A stretch of 62,270 nt of DNA from an uncultured Bdellovibrionales bacterium (lineage in GTDB: Bacteria; Patescibacteriota; Minisyncoccia; Moranbacterales; UBA2206). The notes beneath the pieces were generated by a model. The model did not search any database. It was given only the letters and a program-made list of their open reading frames with translations, and was not told the DNA's origin. Location of the stretch: NCBI GenBank assembly GCA_964538685.1, contig CAZIFD010000004.1, positions 1-62,270 on the forward strand, given 5' to 3'. The translations under genes and the position numbers were made by a program. Below are positions 40,011 through 49,270 of the stretch, piece by piece (the stretch's first letter is position 1; every line of letters begins with the position of its first letter).

Positions 40011-41933
40011 TTAGTTTTCAGTTTCTTTATTTTTATCTTCTTCTTTAACTTTTTTTTCCTCCTCTTTAATTTCTTCTTTCTCTTCTTTTTCTTTTTGCAA
40101 CAAAAATTCTTTCAAAACATGTGTTGAGCGAAAATCGTCCAAATCTTTTTGTGTGTATTCTTTAGTTGGTTCAATATTATAATATTCTAACAAAAATTTC
40201 ATCAATTCTCCAAAAGCTGGCGCCGCACTGGATTCAGCCCATTCCACTGCCTTGGGATTGTCCATTCTTACTACAATAACAAATTTAGGATCATCCGCCG
40301 GACCAAAACCAGCAAAAGATCCAATAGAAATTCCTTCTTCATAGCCCTGCTTTTCTTGACTAGCCACTTGAGCTGTACCGGTTTTTCCGCCTATCACATA
40401 ACCCGGAACGCCAGCCCTTTTGCCATGACCTTTTTCCACCACACTCACAAGCATATTAATCATGTCCGAAGACGCTTTGGGAGAAATTACTCTTCGTATT
40501 TCTTCCGGTTCAATATTTTTTTCCTGACCGGTTGAATCAATTTTCTTTTCAATTATTTGAGGCTTCATAAGTCTCCCACCATTAGCAATAGCACTATAAG
40601 CCGCTGCCAGCTGAATCGGAGTAGTTGTTATGCCTTGTCCAAAAGAAACAGTAAAAAATTGAATATCGCTTTTCAGATTTTTTAGATTATTAATGTTTCC
40701 TGAAGCTTCCCCGAAAAGATCCACTCCCGTAGCTTTTCCAAACCCGAATCTTTTTATATATTCAGCAAAGTCTTTATTACCAACCAGTTTTTCCGCAAAA
40801 ATCACTCCTGTATTCAGGGATTTTTCCAAAACTTCAGTCATTGTTTGAACACCATAAGCTTTATAGTCGGAATTCATAATGGAAAATCCAGCTTCTTTCA
40901 CCACTCCAGTATCAGTATAAGTAGTTTCGGGCGTTATTTTTCCGTTATCCAAAGCCGCCGCCAAAGTAAAAGTCTTAAAAACACTTCCTGGTTCATAAGC
41001 ATCATTAACCGCCAAATTGCGAAAAGCAGCCATATCTGAAACTTTGGAATATTCATTAGGATTAAAAAATGGATAATTAGCCATCGCTAATATTTTTCCA
41101 GTATAAGGCTCCATAACAATAATCGTTCCACTATCAGCTTCAAACTTTTTCATTGCTCCCTCAAGTATTTTTTCTGTTTCAAATTGAACGATGTGATCAA
41201 TCGTTAAAACCAAATCCTCACCATTCTCAGCTGAATCTAAAACTCTATCTCCAATAGTTATCCAACCCCCGGAAGCGTCTTTGTTTTGAAAAATGTTTCC
41301 TTCTTTTCCTCGGAGATCATCTTCAAATTCTCTTTCAATTCCATATTTTCCACCAAACTTATCCCCGCTCCAACCGACAAAACCCAACACATTGGAAGCC
41401 AATTCTCCGGCTGGATAATAACGATAGGATTCATCCATCAGTCTAATGCCATCCAGCTTTCTTTCTTGAATATTTTTTATTTCTTCTTCACTCAATCTAT
41501 GCTTCAAAACTTCATACATATCATCAGGCCGATCAAGCTTTTTTCTAACTTCATCCCTTTCTAATCCTAAAACCGAAGAAACAAAATCAACTGCTTCGTC
41601 TAAATTTTTTATTTCTTTGGGAACTGCATAAGCCATTTTGGTTTCTCTATTTACCGCTACTGAATATAATTTATCTTTTTCTTTTAAAAAAATCTCGCCT
41701 CTTTCCGGAATAAGCTCCCTAAAAATTGAATGTTGATTTTCAGACAAATCCCGATATGAAGAAAAAGAAATTATTTGCAATGAATAAAGCCGAAAAACTA
41801 TAGCCAGACCAATTAAAAAAAACAGAAAAAACAAGATTAATATCCTTAAATCAAAAAGGGGTGCGCCTTCTTCTTTCCCCAGAGAACAAGAATCACCCCA
41901 AACATATTGTCCTTTTCCTAGTTTACCTTTCAT
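40011..41933 (-). CDS. ftsI: Class B penicillin-binding protein (FtsI)
   Basis: RGEIF, EPGSVFK (SxxK), SLN, KTGTAQ; dcw position. Confidence 0.9.
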   Translation of the reverse strand: MKGKLGKGQYVWGDSCSLGKEEGAPLFDLRILILFFLFFLIGLAIVFRLYSLQIISFSSYRDLSENQHSIFRELIPERGEIFLKEKDKLYSVAVNRETKMAYAVPKEIKNLDEAVDFVSSVLGLERDEVRKKLDRPDDMYEVLKHRLSEEEIKNIQERKLDGIRLMDESYRYYPAGELASNVLGFVGWSGDKFGGKYGIEREFEDDLRGKEGNIFQNKDASGGWITIGDRVLDSAENGEDLVLTIDHIVQFETEKILEGAMKKFEADSGTIIVMEPYTGKILAMANYPFFNPNEYSKVSDMAAFRNLAVNDAYEPGSVFKTFTLAAALDNGKITPETTYTDTGVVKEAGFSIMNSDYKAYGVQTMTEVLEKSLNTGVIFAEKLVGNKDFAEYIKRFGFGKATGVDLFGEASGNINNLKNLKSDIQFFTVSFGQGITTTPIQLAAAYSAIANGGRLMKPQIIEKKIDSTGQEKNIEPEEIRRVISPKASSDMINMLVSVVEKGHGKRAGVPGYVIGGKTGTAQVASQEKQGYEEGISIGSFAGFGPADDPKFVIVVRMDNPKAVEWAESSAAPAFGELMKFLLEYYNIEPTKEYTQKDLDDFRSTHVLKEFLLQKEKEEKEEIKEEEKKVKEEDKNKETEN

Positions 41934-41967
41934 TTTTTTGTCCTCTTTTGAAAAACAGCAGAAAAAA

Positions 41968-42369
41968 TTATTTCAGAGCGATAGGACCGTTAATCTCAAC
42001 ATAAGAAACATCTTTTGAACTAACCAGATTCAATCCTTCCACATCTCTTTCTATTGTATGCATAGATTTAAGCTCTGTCTCTTTTATCTTAAGTTTTTTT
42101 CCATTTTCTTCTAAAGACTGTATCTTATTTTCAATTTCTTTTATCTCAAATCCTTTGGTAGCCAAATCATTTACTTGATAAAGATAAATAAAACCACTTA
42201 AAAAAAAGATTATCAAAACCAAAGAAGCCACTGAAACCACTCCCACTCTAGCGTTTCCCGCATAATTATCCAATCCGCCTTTCTGACCGGACAAATAAAA
42301 ACCACTTGAGCCGTTTCTAACTCTTCTTGATTTTAAATAAGAATTTTTCTCGCCGAAAACTCTTGCCAT
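41968..42369 (-). CDS. FtsL-like protein
   Basis: Single TM plus coiled coil, between rsmH and ftsI. Confidence 0.7.
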   Translation of the reverse strand: MARVFGEKNSYLKSRRVRNGSSGFYLSGQKGGLDNYAGNARVGVVSVASLVLIIFFLSGFIYLYQVNDLATKGFEIKEIENKIQSLEENGKKLKIKETELKSMHTIERDVEGLNLVSSKDVSYVEINGPIALK

Positions 42370-42422
42370 GAATTTTAGCTCCCCCTAAAATTCTGCTTTC
42401 AACAGAAATTGTATTTTTATTT

Positions 42423-43361
42423 TTATTTTTTTTCACAAACCCGAAGCTTAGCACTTCTGGATCTGGGATTTTCTCTTATTTCTTTTTCCGCAGGTAAAAC
42501 AGGTCTCTTGGTTACAAGACTCACCAACGGCGACCTCCCGCAAACACATTGAGGAAAATTTTCCGGGCAAATACATCCCCCTGCATTTTCCCGAAATTTA
42601 TGTTTAACTATCCTGTCTTCTAATGAATGAAATGAAATTATGGCTAATCGTCCAAATGGATGCAAAACACTTATTGCTTCATCAATCATTTTTTTCAGAT
42701 TGGAAAGCTCTCCATTAACCTCAATCCGAATGGCTTGGAATATTCTGGTAGCCGGATCAATCTTTTTGTGAAATCTTTTCGGAATTGCCTCTTGCGCAAT
42801 CTCCGCCAACTCAACAGTTGTGTCAATCATCTTTTCCGCTCTTCTTTCAATAATTTTTCTAGCAACGAGAGAAGCAAATCTTTCTTCTCCGAATTCCCTG
42901 AATATTCTTTCCAGATCGCATTTTTCATATTCATTAACCACCTTCCAGGCTGTTAATTCATTTTCCCTTGAAAGTCTCATGTCTAAATCGGATTCTTTCT
43001 GAAAACTCATTCCATATTCCGGATCTTCCAGTTGATCGGATGAATATCCCAAATCTGCCAAAACACCGTCAACCTTGTTTATTCCCAACTTGTTTAATAT
43101 GCTTTCTAAATTGGAAAAATTGTCATTTATCAAAAAAACATTATCCTTTCTCTCCGATGATTCAATTTTTTTCTCAAATCTTTCAATGTTTTTTTTGTCC
43201 CAATCAATAGCAATTAATCTTCCGGTCTTTCCTATTTTTTTTAAAATTTCTTCCGAATGTCCTCCTGAACCGAGAGTTGCGTCAACAACGACTAATCCTT
43301 CCTTAAGATTTAACCCCACTATTGATTCTTCCAATAATACTGGCGTATGCTTGATTTTCAT
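42423..43361 (-). CDS. rsmH: 16S rRNA m4C1402 methyltransferase
   Basis: HTPVLL, DATLGSGGHS, FQAIRIEVN, SFHSLED, NPRSRSAKLR. Confidence 0.97.
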   Translation of the reverse strand: MKIKHTPVLLEESIVGLNLKEGLVVVDATLGSGGHSEEILKKIGKTGRLIAIDWDKKNIERFEKKIESSERKDNVFLINDNFSNLESILNKLGINKVDGVLADLGYSSDQLEDPEYGMSFQKESDLDMRLSRENELTAWKVVNEYEKCDLERIFREFGEERFASLVARKIIERRAEKMIDTTVELAEIAQEAIPKRFHKKIDPATRIFQAIRIEVNGELSNLKKMIDEAISVLHPFGRLAIISFHSLEDRIVKHKFRENAGGCICPENFPQCVCGRSPLVSLVTKRPVLPAEKEIRENPRSRSAKLRVCEKK

Positions 43362-43429
43362 CCAAATTTCCGAACGAATCTCAAAATATTCAAAAATACG
43401 GAATAATTCAAGATTTGCTCAAAATAAAT

Positions 43430-43864
43430 CTAATAAACTCCCAATTTTCCCAGTTGTTCAGCAATCTCATCGGTATTTTTCTCCGCCGATTTTTTATATT
43501 CATTCCATTTGTTTTCGTCCCAAATTTCTAATCTGTTGAAGAGTCCGGCAATCACAACATTTTTGGAGAGTCCGGCATATTCTTTCAAATAATCCGGAAC
43601 CAAAATTCTTCCCTGTTTGTCAATTTCCACATCAATAGCGCCAGTCAACATCAAGCGGACAAAACTTCTGGTTCCCGACTCCCCCATCGGTAAATTACCC
43701 AATTTCTCCGCTAACTCGTTCCAAACTTTCACTGGATAAATAAACAAACATTTATCCAATCCGCGCGTAACTACAACTTTATTTTTTAAGTCGCCCCGAA
43801 ACTTGGCCGGAACCGCCAATCTTTTCTTCGGATCAATTGAATGAGAGTATTCTCCAATAAACAT
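43430..43864 (-). CDS. mraZ: Transcriptional regulator MraZ
   Basis: MFIGEY, DPKKRL, DKQGRIL, LEIW. Confidence 0.97.
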   Translation of the reverse strand: MFIGEYSHSIDPKKRLAVPAKFRGDLKNKVVVTRGLDKCLFIYPVKVWNELAEKLGNLPMGESGTRSFVRLMLTGAIDVEIDKQGRILVPDYLKEYAGLSKNVVIAGLFNRLEIWDENKWNEYKKSAEKNTDEIAEQLGKLGVY

Positions 43865-43869
43865 ATATT

Positions 43870-43898
43870 CCCCACTTTATGACACTTAGTAGCAACTT
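43870..43898 (-). promoter_or_regulatory. Three 10 bp-periodic repeats, likely MraZ binding sites
   Basis: Minus strand aagttgctac-taagtgtcat-aaagtgggg directly before the mraZ start. Confidence 0.6.
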
Positions 43899-44027
43899 AA
43901 ATCTATTTTAACCCACCAACTATTACTCGTCAAACACTTTTCCCTATATTTAAAAAACAAAAAAATAGCCCAAATAAGCTATCATCATAAAAGTTATCAA
44001 CACTCTATCCACAAAAAGCATTAATTT

Positions 44028-44966
44028 TTATTTTTTTATTTGACGCAAGGAAATTTTTCCAAATTTCCGCGCCTTAGAATTATATTTTAAAAGCATAGAC
44101 TTGATTTTTTTCTCTGTCCATTCTTTTTTTTCTTCTAAATAGTTGCGAACTAAAATAATCGGACCGGGAACCTCACAAGCTTCAAACAAAAAATCATCAT
44201 TTTGAGATATTTTTTTCAATCTTTCATTTTCATCTTTATTTCTTCCCACTACAAAACAATGGTTCTTCTCCCAAATTTTCCTGCCGACTTTTAGAAGTTC
44301 TATGTCATTGATTTCCAAATTTTTCTTTTTTTCCAACAACTCTTTTAGGTTGTCAGAAAAAATTTTTTCCGTTAAAAGACAACCGCCTGAAGGAGTGGAA
44401 AATTTTTTCAGTTTGTATTTTTTTGCCAAAGCCAATTGAATTTTCCGATTTCTTCCTGAAATTGAAAGTAGTTTTTCCCTGTCAATTAATTTATCTTTTT
44501 CCATTTCAGTTTCCAAAAGTAATCCGGCTGAAAGCGGACGAAGGATTTTTCCCTGCAAACCAGTTTCTTTTTCAATGATTTGAAGCGCTTGTTTGTTTTG
44601 GCTCATTGGTCGCTCACCCAAAACCTCGCCCGTTGCCAAAAAATCAAATTTTCCTTTTTTCAATTCTTCCTTAGCTATTTGAAGCATCAGCGCGTGGCAA
44701 TCAATGCAAGGATTCATATGTTTGCCAAAACCATACTTAGGATTTTTTAGCATTTTCAAATAAACAGAGGAAAAATTTCTAATTATTAGTTTGATTCCTA
44801 TTTCCCGAGCCGATTCTTCTGCTTCTTTGGAACCGAAAAACGGACTCACAAAAACCAGCCCGCAAACTTGAACTCCTTGTTCTTCTAAAATTTTAACTGC
44901 CAAAATAGAATCCAGTCCGCCGGAAAATAACACTAGCGCTTTTATTTTTTTAGATTTTTTTTCCAT
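44028..44966 (-). CDS. PP-loop tRNA thiolase-like protein (ThiI/MnmA-like)
   Basis: SGGLDS, NPCIDCH, ATGEVLGERP, PSGGCLLT. Confidence 0.8.
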   Translation of the reverse strand: MEKKSKKIKALVLFSGGLDSILAVKILEEQGVQVCGLVFVSPFFGSKEAEESAREIGIKLIIRNFSSVYLKMLKNPKYGFGKHMNPCIDCHALMLQIAKEELKKGKFDFLATGEVLGERPMSQNKQALQIIEKETGLQGKILRPLSAGLLLETEMEKDKLIDREKLLSISGRNRKIQLALAKKYKLKKFSTPSGGCLLTEKIFSDNLKELLEKKKNLEINDIELLKVGRKIWEKNHCFVVGRNKDENERLKKISQNDDFLFEACEVPGPIILVRNYLEEKKEWTEKKIKSMLLKYNSKARKFGKISLRQIKK

Positions 44967-45077
44967 AAATTAAATTCCAATTATCCTATCATTTTCAGAT
45001 ACTTATGGCAAACAATAAAGAAAAAAGACCAAGCCCGATTGTCTGGAGCTTGATCTCCAAAAAAATAATCAAAAAAA

Positions 45078-45581
45078 TTATTCAACTACCTTAAATTTTT
45101 CTTTTGGCGCTCCGCAAATCGGACAAGTGTTCGGCGCTTCATTTCCGATTGTGTGTCCGCAAACTTGGCAAACAAAATATTTGTTTATTTCAATATCATT
45201 TCCAGAAACAACTTTTTCAAAAGCCTCTTTATACATTTCGCCATGTCTTTCTTCTACCTTGCCCGCCCACTCAAAAACTCTTTTAGCCTTCATTTCACCT
45301 TCATTTTCCGCTTCTGCCACAAAAACCGGATACATTTCTTTCGCCTCATGATTCTCTCCGGCAATTGCCGTTGACAAATTGTCTTTGGTTGATTTTATTT
45401 CCCCCAAATTATACAAATGATTCGTGGCATGAACTGTTTCACTTTCTGCTGTTGCTCTGAAAAGTTTGGCGACACCCGGCATATTTTCATCTTCCGCTTG
45501 CTTGGCAAAAGCTAAATATTTCCGATTAGCCTGCGACTCTCCCGCAAAAGCTGTTTTTAAATTATCGTTTGTTTTTGACAT
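45078..45581 (-). CDS. Rubrerythrin
   Basis: FAGESQA, ETVHA, GENHE, EERH, C-terminal CQVC...CPIC. Confidence 0.93.
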   Translation of the reverse strand: MSKTNDNLKTAFAGESQANRKYLAFAKQAEDENMPGVAKLFRATAESETVHATNHLYNLGEIKSTKDNLSTAIAGENHEAKEMYPVFVAEAENEGEMKAKRVFEWAGKVEERHGEMYKEAFEKVVSGNDIEINKYFVCQVCGHTIGNEAPNTCPICGAPKEKFKVVE

Positions 45582-45616
45582 TTTTTTATTTTTAATTGAT
45601 TAGCACTTGATTCATT

Positions 45617-45871
45617 TTACCACAGTTCCTTTTTTAATTCTTGTTTCAAATTATCGTCTATATTGTCCGGCAATAAATCTCCTTTAGGATTATACTTAGT
45701 AGCTTCAAAATAAATAAAATTTTCCGCTTTGGAAACAATTTTTTTAACAATTGGTCGCATTGAGTCTCTTATTTTCAGTCTTCCCGAATCAACCTTAAAC
45801 AAAAACAAAGACAATATTATTGAAAATATTCCCAAAAATATCACAAATCCAATCATTATTCTTTTTATCAT
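45617..45871 (-). CDS. Small membrane-anchored hypothetical protein
   Basis: 84 aa, N-terminal hydrophobic helix. Confidence 0.6.
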   Translation of the reverse strand: MIKRIMIGFVIFLGIFSIILSLFLFKVDSGRLKIRDSMRPIVKKIVSKAENFIYFEATKYNPKGDLLPDNIDDNLKQELKKELW

Positions 45872-45892
45872 ACATTTGTTTCTGTAGAAATA

Positions 45893-46687
45893 TTATCCCT
45901 CTAAACTGCAATCCTCGCAAATATCAGGAATTTCTTTCATCCCCTTTTTTCCATCCTTTTTCCAGGCTCTGAAAGAATTGTATTTCATCGTGTCCAATAC
46001 TAAAATTTTTTCGTCTCGGTTCGGTCTTCTGGAAGACTTGGAATAATAGACCAAATAACGAGGTTTTTTTATGAAAGAAAGCGCTTCCGCCAAATCAAAA
46101 AGGTCGCCAACCACCAGATCCATATTTTTTTCAAAATCGTCAAAAGGACTAACTTCAAAAATCATATTTACATTACCATCCCGATTATTGATCAACATAT
46201 CCGCTTCAACATAGCGTTTGCTTTCTTGTCCGCCAATCTTCACATATCGCCCCAGTTCAATGCAGTGCAAGGGATATTTTAAATTTTCAATTAATTTAAT
46301 GTAGAGTTGGGCTTTGATTAGTTCTTCTTCTTTGTGCTTAAGTTCTTCCTGATTTTTCCCGTCAGAAAGATAAACTACTTTTGATTCATCCCGAATAACA
46401 AAAATTTTAGGGAAAACCTGAGGATTTTCAGCAATATAATTTCTTCGCAAATTATCCTTAACCCAAGAAGCTCTTTCTTTTTGATTCAAGGTTCCAAAAA
46501 CATTTTTAGACAATTCTTTGGAAACCTGATAAGTTAAATATTCAAATTTTTCCGCTGAAACAATCACCGCCTTGGGTTTTCCTCTTTCAGTGAGCGTGTA
46601 ATAGATGTTAGGTTTTTGAACTTCGTCCACAATGGAAAATATATTTTTTCTTCCTTCTGAAACAGAAAGAGTGTTTTTGGTTTTCAT
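45893..46687 (-). CDS. Phd/YefM antitoxin-like domain fused to restriction-endonuclease-like (HsdR-N-type) domain
   Basis: N-term LSVSEGRKNI...LTERGKPKAVIVS; C-term EE...LKYP...EADMLI...FEVS. Confidence 0.6.
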   Translation of the reverse strand: MKTKNTLSVSEGRKNIFSIVDEVQKPNIYYTLTERGKPKAVIVSAEKFEYLTYQVSKELSKNVFGTLNQKERASWVKDNLRRNYIAENPQVFPKIFVIRDESKVVYLSDGKNQEELKHKEEELIKAQLYIKLIENLKYPLHCIELGRYVKIGGQESKRYVEADMLINNRDGNVNMIFEVSPFDDFEKNMDLVVGDLFDLAEALSFIKKPRYLVYYSKSSRRPNRDEKILVLDTMKYNSFRAWKKDGKKGMKEIPDICEDCSLEG

Positions 46688-46811
46688 ATTGTTTTATTAT
46701 TTTAATTTAAATTTTATTCAAAAAAATAAACAAAAAAAACTGCCATCTTTTCAGCATAATCATTCCTCCTTTATAAAACAAATAACTTAAGTACATTGTA
46801 GCGTACTTGTT

Positions 46812-47480
46812 TTATTTCATCCAGCCTTCACATTTGAGACTCAAATAACTGTGAGATGAAACAATTACATGATCCACTATTTCAATTCCCATTATTTTTC
46901 CCGCCTCTTGCAGTCTGTTGGTAATTTCAATGTCCTCATCTGATGGTTCAGTCGCACCGGACGGATGATTGTGAGCTAAAAGAATTTGCGCGGCGCAATT
47001 GCGCACTGCCGATTCAAAAACTTCTCTTGGATGAACCAAGCTGGCATTTAGCGTTCCAATGGAAATTATTTCTTTCTGAATTTCCTGATTTCTAGCATCT
47101 AAATAAAAAACTATAAAATGTTCTCGCTTGCTTGCACGAATTTCTTTGAGATTTTCCCAAACATCCTTGGGAGACAAGATAATATCAGTTTTTTTATCTT
47201 TCAAAAATCTTTTTCCGAGTTCAAAACAAGCAATTATTTCTGAAGCTTTGGCTTTTCCAAGACCATCAATTTTTTCCAAATCGGAAAAAGAAGCTTCCAA
47301 AATTTTATTACCGGGAAATGTGCGAAGAATTTTTCTGGATAATTCCAAAACTCCCAATCCTCTAATTCCGTTTTGAAGAATAACCGCCAAAAGTTCGGTA
47401 TCGGTTAGTTTTTCCGGACCGTATTTTTCTAATTTTTCCCGAGGACGATCTGATTTGAAAAGAGTTTTTATTTTATTCAT
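46812..47480 (-). CDS. radC: RadC/JAB-domain protein
   Basis: PREKL, HhH GLGKAKA, VHPREVF, AHNHPSG, DHVI. Confidence 0.95.
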   Translation of the reverse strand: MNKIKTLFKSDRPREKLEKYGPEKLTDTELLAVILQNGIRGLGVLELSRKILRTFPGNKILEASFSDLEKIDGLGKAKASEIIACFELGKRFLKDKKTDIILSPKDVWENLKEIRASKREHFIVFYLDARNQEIQKEIISIGTLNASLVHPREVFESAVRNCAAQILLAHNHPSGATEPSDEDIEITNRLQEAGKIMGIEIVDHVIVSSHSYLSLKCEGWMK

Positions 47481-47609
47481 TTTTTTAGAACAATTATTAT
47501 TTTGTACCTAAAAATGTTTTTCTGGTGTTATTCTAACATTAATCTTATTTTTCGTCAAAAAAATAGTCCCGAGAGACTATTTTTTAAAAATGCTAGAATA
47601 TTTTATTTT

Positions 47610-48074
47610 TTAGGGAGTATATTTAGCACATCCGGATTTGCCAGTAAAATTAAATTCAGAATAACCCAAATTCCACCAAGTGGAAGCATCTATATTCTGA
47701 CCACAAATTATATAAGTTTCTAATTGTGAACTATAGATAGAAAAAAACCACCTATCTAAATCTATATTACTGCCTATTCCACCTGGCATATAAATAAAAC
47801 TAGTATCAACAATGTCTGGATAATTTTCACTGCCCAAACAAACTTCCGTCCCACCCGCACCAGAAGCGGCTGGATCAATCAGATCTTTTCCATCCATAAC
47901 ACAACTACTTGCCACCTTACTAAGCGACTGCATAGTTGAAAAAGCTTGAGCTATTTTAGCCTTTTTTCTGGCATTGGAAAGCGACACTAAAACTGTCGCC
48001 GCCAAAATTCCAATAATAGCGATTACAATTAAAAGTTCAATTAAGGTAAATGCTTTGAGTTTATTTTTTTTCAT
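47610..48074 (-). CDS. Type IV pilin-like protein
   Basis: Class III signal KAFTLIELLIVIAIIGILA; Cys pairs; low GC. Confidence 0.9.
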   Translation of the reverse strand: MKKNKLKAFTLIELLIVIAIIGILAATVLVSLSNARKKAKIAQAFSTMQSLSKVASSCVMDGKDLIDPAASGAGGTEVCLGSENYPDIVDTSFIYMPGGIGSNIDLDRWFFSIYSSQLETYIICGQNIDASTWWNLGYSEFNFTGKSGCAKYTP

Positions 48075-48168
48075 TGATATTTTTTATTTTTCAAGCACCC
48101 TTAGTTTTATAGATTATATCACATTATTTTCTTTTTTACAAAAATTTGTATAAAATTCGCTCTAATTT

Positions 48169-48879
48169 TCATTTTTTTAAATACTTTTTTCTTTTATTTT
48201 CAGGAAATCTTTCAATTGCATAGCGAAGCATTGTCCGAGGCATTTGCTGATAATATTTATCCAAAAAATTTTCCTCAGTTTTTTCGTTGCATTTTTTTCC
48301 CACCTCCCGAAGCATCCAACCGCAAGCTTTGTGAATCAAATCTTCTTTGTCTTCCAACAACAATGCGATCAATTCAAAAGTATCTTTATATTCTCCGTTT
48401 TTTATGAATTCAAAAGTTGAAATAATGGCGATTCTCCTCTCCCAAATATTTTTCGATCGGGCTAATTTATATAAAATTTTTCTGTCTTTTTTTAATAAAA
48501 AACTTCCTAAAATATTGGGAGCCGATAAATCAACCAAGTCCCAATTGTTAATTTGCTTGATATTTTTAAGATAAAGTTGGCAAATTTTTTTCTTTTCTTT
48601 TTCACTCCCATTTTCAAATTTTTTAACTAAAATTAAAAGCGCAATCAAACGCTCTTCGTGATAACTGCTTTCCAAAAGACTAGCAATCTCCGTCAAGGAC
48701 AGCTTTTCAAAATATTTCCCAACCAGTTGCCTCTGAAGTGGAACCGTTATTCCTAAAAATTTATCCCCCTCACCATATTCCCCTTTTCCCGTCTTGAAAA
48801 ATCTGGAAAGAATCTTGGCCTTTTCAGGATTCTTGAGATTTTTAATTTCTCTGACTATTTCTTTAAAATTCTCTTCCAT
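48169..48879 (-). CDS. DNA alkylation repair protein (AlkD-like HEAT repeats)
   Basis: FFKTGKGEYGEGDKFLG, NNWDLVD, WERR, HKACGWMLRE, RTMLRYAIE; start reassigned to MEENFK. Confidence 0.9.
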   Translation of the reverse strand: MEENFKEIVREIKNLKNPEKAKILSRFFKTGKGEYGEGDKFLGITVPLQRQLVGKYFEKLSLTEIASLLESSYHEERLIALLILVKKFENGSEKEKKKICQLYLKNIKQINNWDLVDLSAPNILGSFLLKKDRKILYKLARSKNIWERRIAIISTFEFIKNGEYKDTFELIALLLEDKEDLIHKACGWMLREVGKKCNEKTEENFLDKYYQQMPRTMLRYAIERFPENKRKKYLKK

Positions 48880-48918
48880 ACTAACAATTTCATTAAAAAA
48901 CCTGCCTGATAGAAAAGT

Positions 48919-49019
48919 GTCGCATTTACTGAACGAAGCTCGAACCTTTTTTGAGCAACAAATTCTGCCGTGAACGGCAGAAACCCGCCCAGCGTCTCCG
49001 CCCGCCGATACTCGGCGAG
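48919..49019 (+). repeat. attR-like junction plus L segment; diverged inverted copy at 60296-60387
   Basis: Shared ctgaacgaagctcgaac and tccgcccgccga-a/tactcggcgag. Confidence 0.85.
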
Positions 49020-49102
49020 CAAAGCAAAACAATTTTCTTTCAATTTTTTATCGCCCGCCCGCCAAATTTTTCTTAAAAGGAATTGAAAATTGTTTTGCTT
49101 TG
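49020..49102 (+). repeat. 83 bp unit U (18 bp terminal inverted arms), copy 1
   Basis: caaagcaaaacaattttc-47 nt-gaaaattgttttgctttg; copies at 54903-54985 (identical, minus) and 60213-60295 (3 substitutions, minus). Confidence 0.95.
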
Positions 49103-49246
49103 ACGTCTTGATACCAAGACGGCGGAAACGCTTCGCTACGCCAATTTTATTTTTCGGGCGGGGCGGAAAAAAAGGGGGGGTCTGGGGGGAATTCCGCCCC
49201 GCCCTCTCTTTTCCGCTTTCACTTTTTTCGCTGGCGCTGGAGGCCG
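49020..49246 (+). repeat. Left arm of perfect 227 bp inverted repeat bounding cassette 1 (partner 54759-54985)
   Basis: Exact reverse complement, including homopolymer lengths A7, G7, G6. Confidence 0.95.
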
Positions 49247-49270
49247 TGCCAACTTCATTGGCGCGCCACC

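Noticed and set aside
47610-48879. Pilin and AlkD-like genes as part of the island
   Set aside because: They lie outside the att junction at 48919 and would directly follow tRNA-Pro in the empty site.
48880-49032. N-terminal extensions in the ORF track (AlkD-like, NUDIX 54233-54394, cysS 10711-10737, malic enzyme, trxB)
   Set aside because: They run through att, repeat or intergenic DNA or overlap neighbours; downstream ATGs match the family starts.
49156-49190. G-quadruplex potential of G-runs in the cassette arms
   Set aside because: The G-runs also take part in a Watson-Crick hairpin with compensatory changes, which is the better-supported structure.
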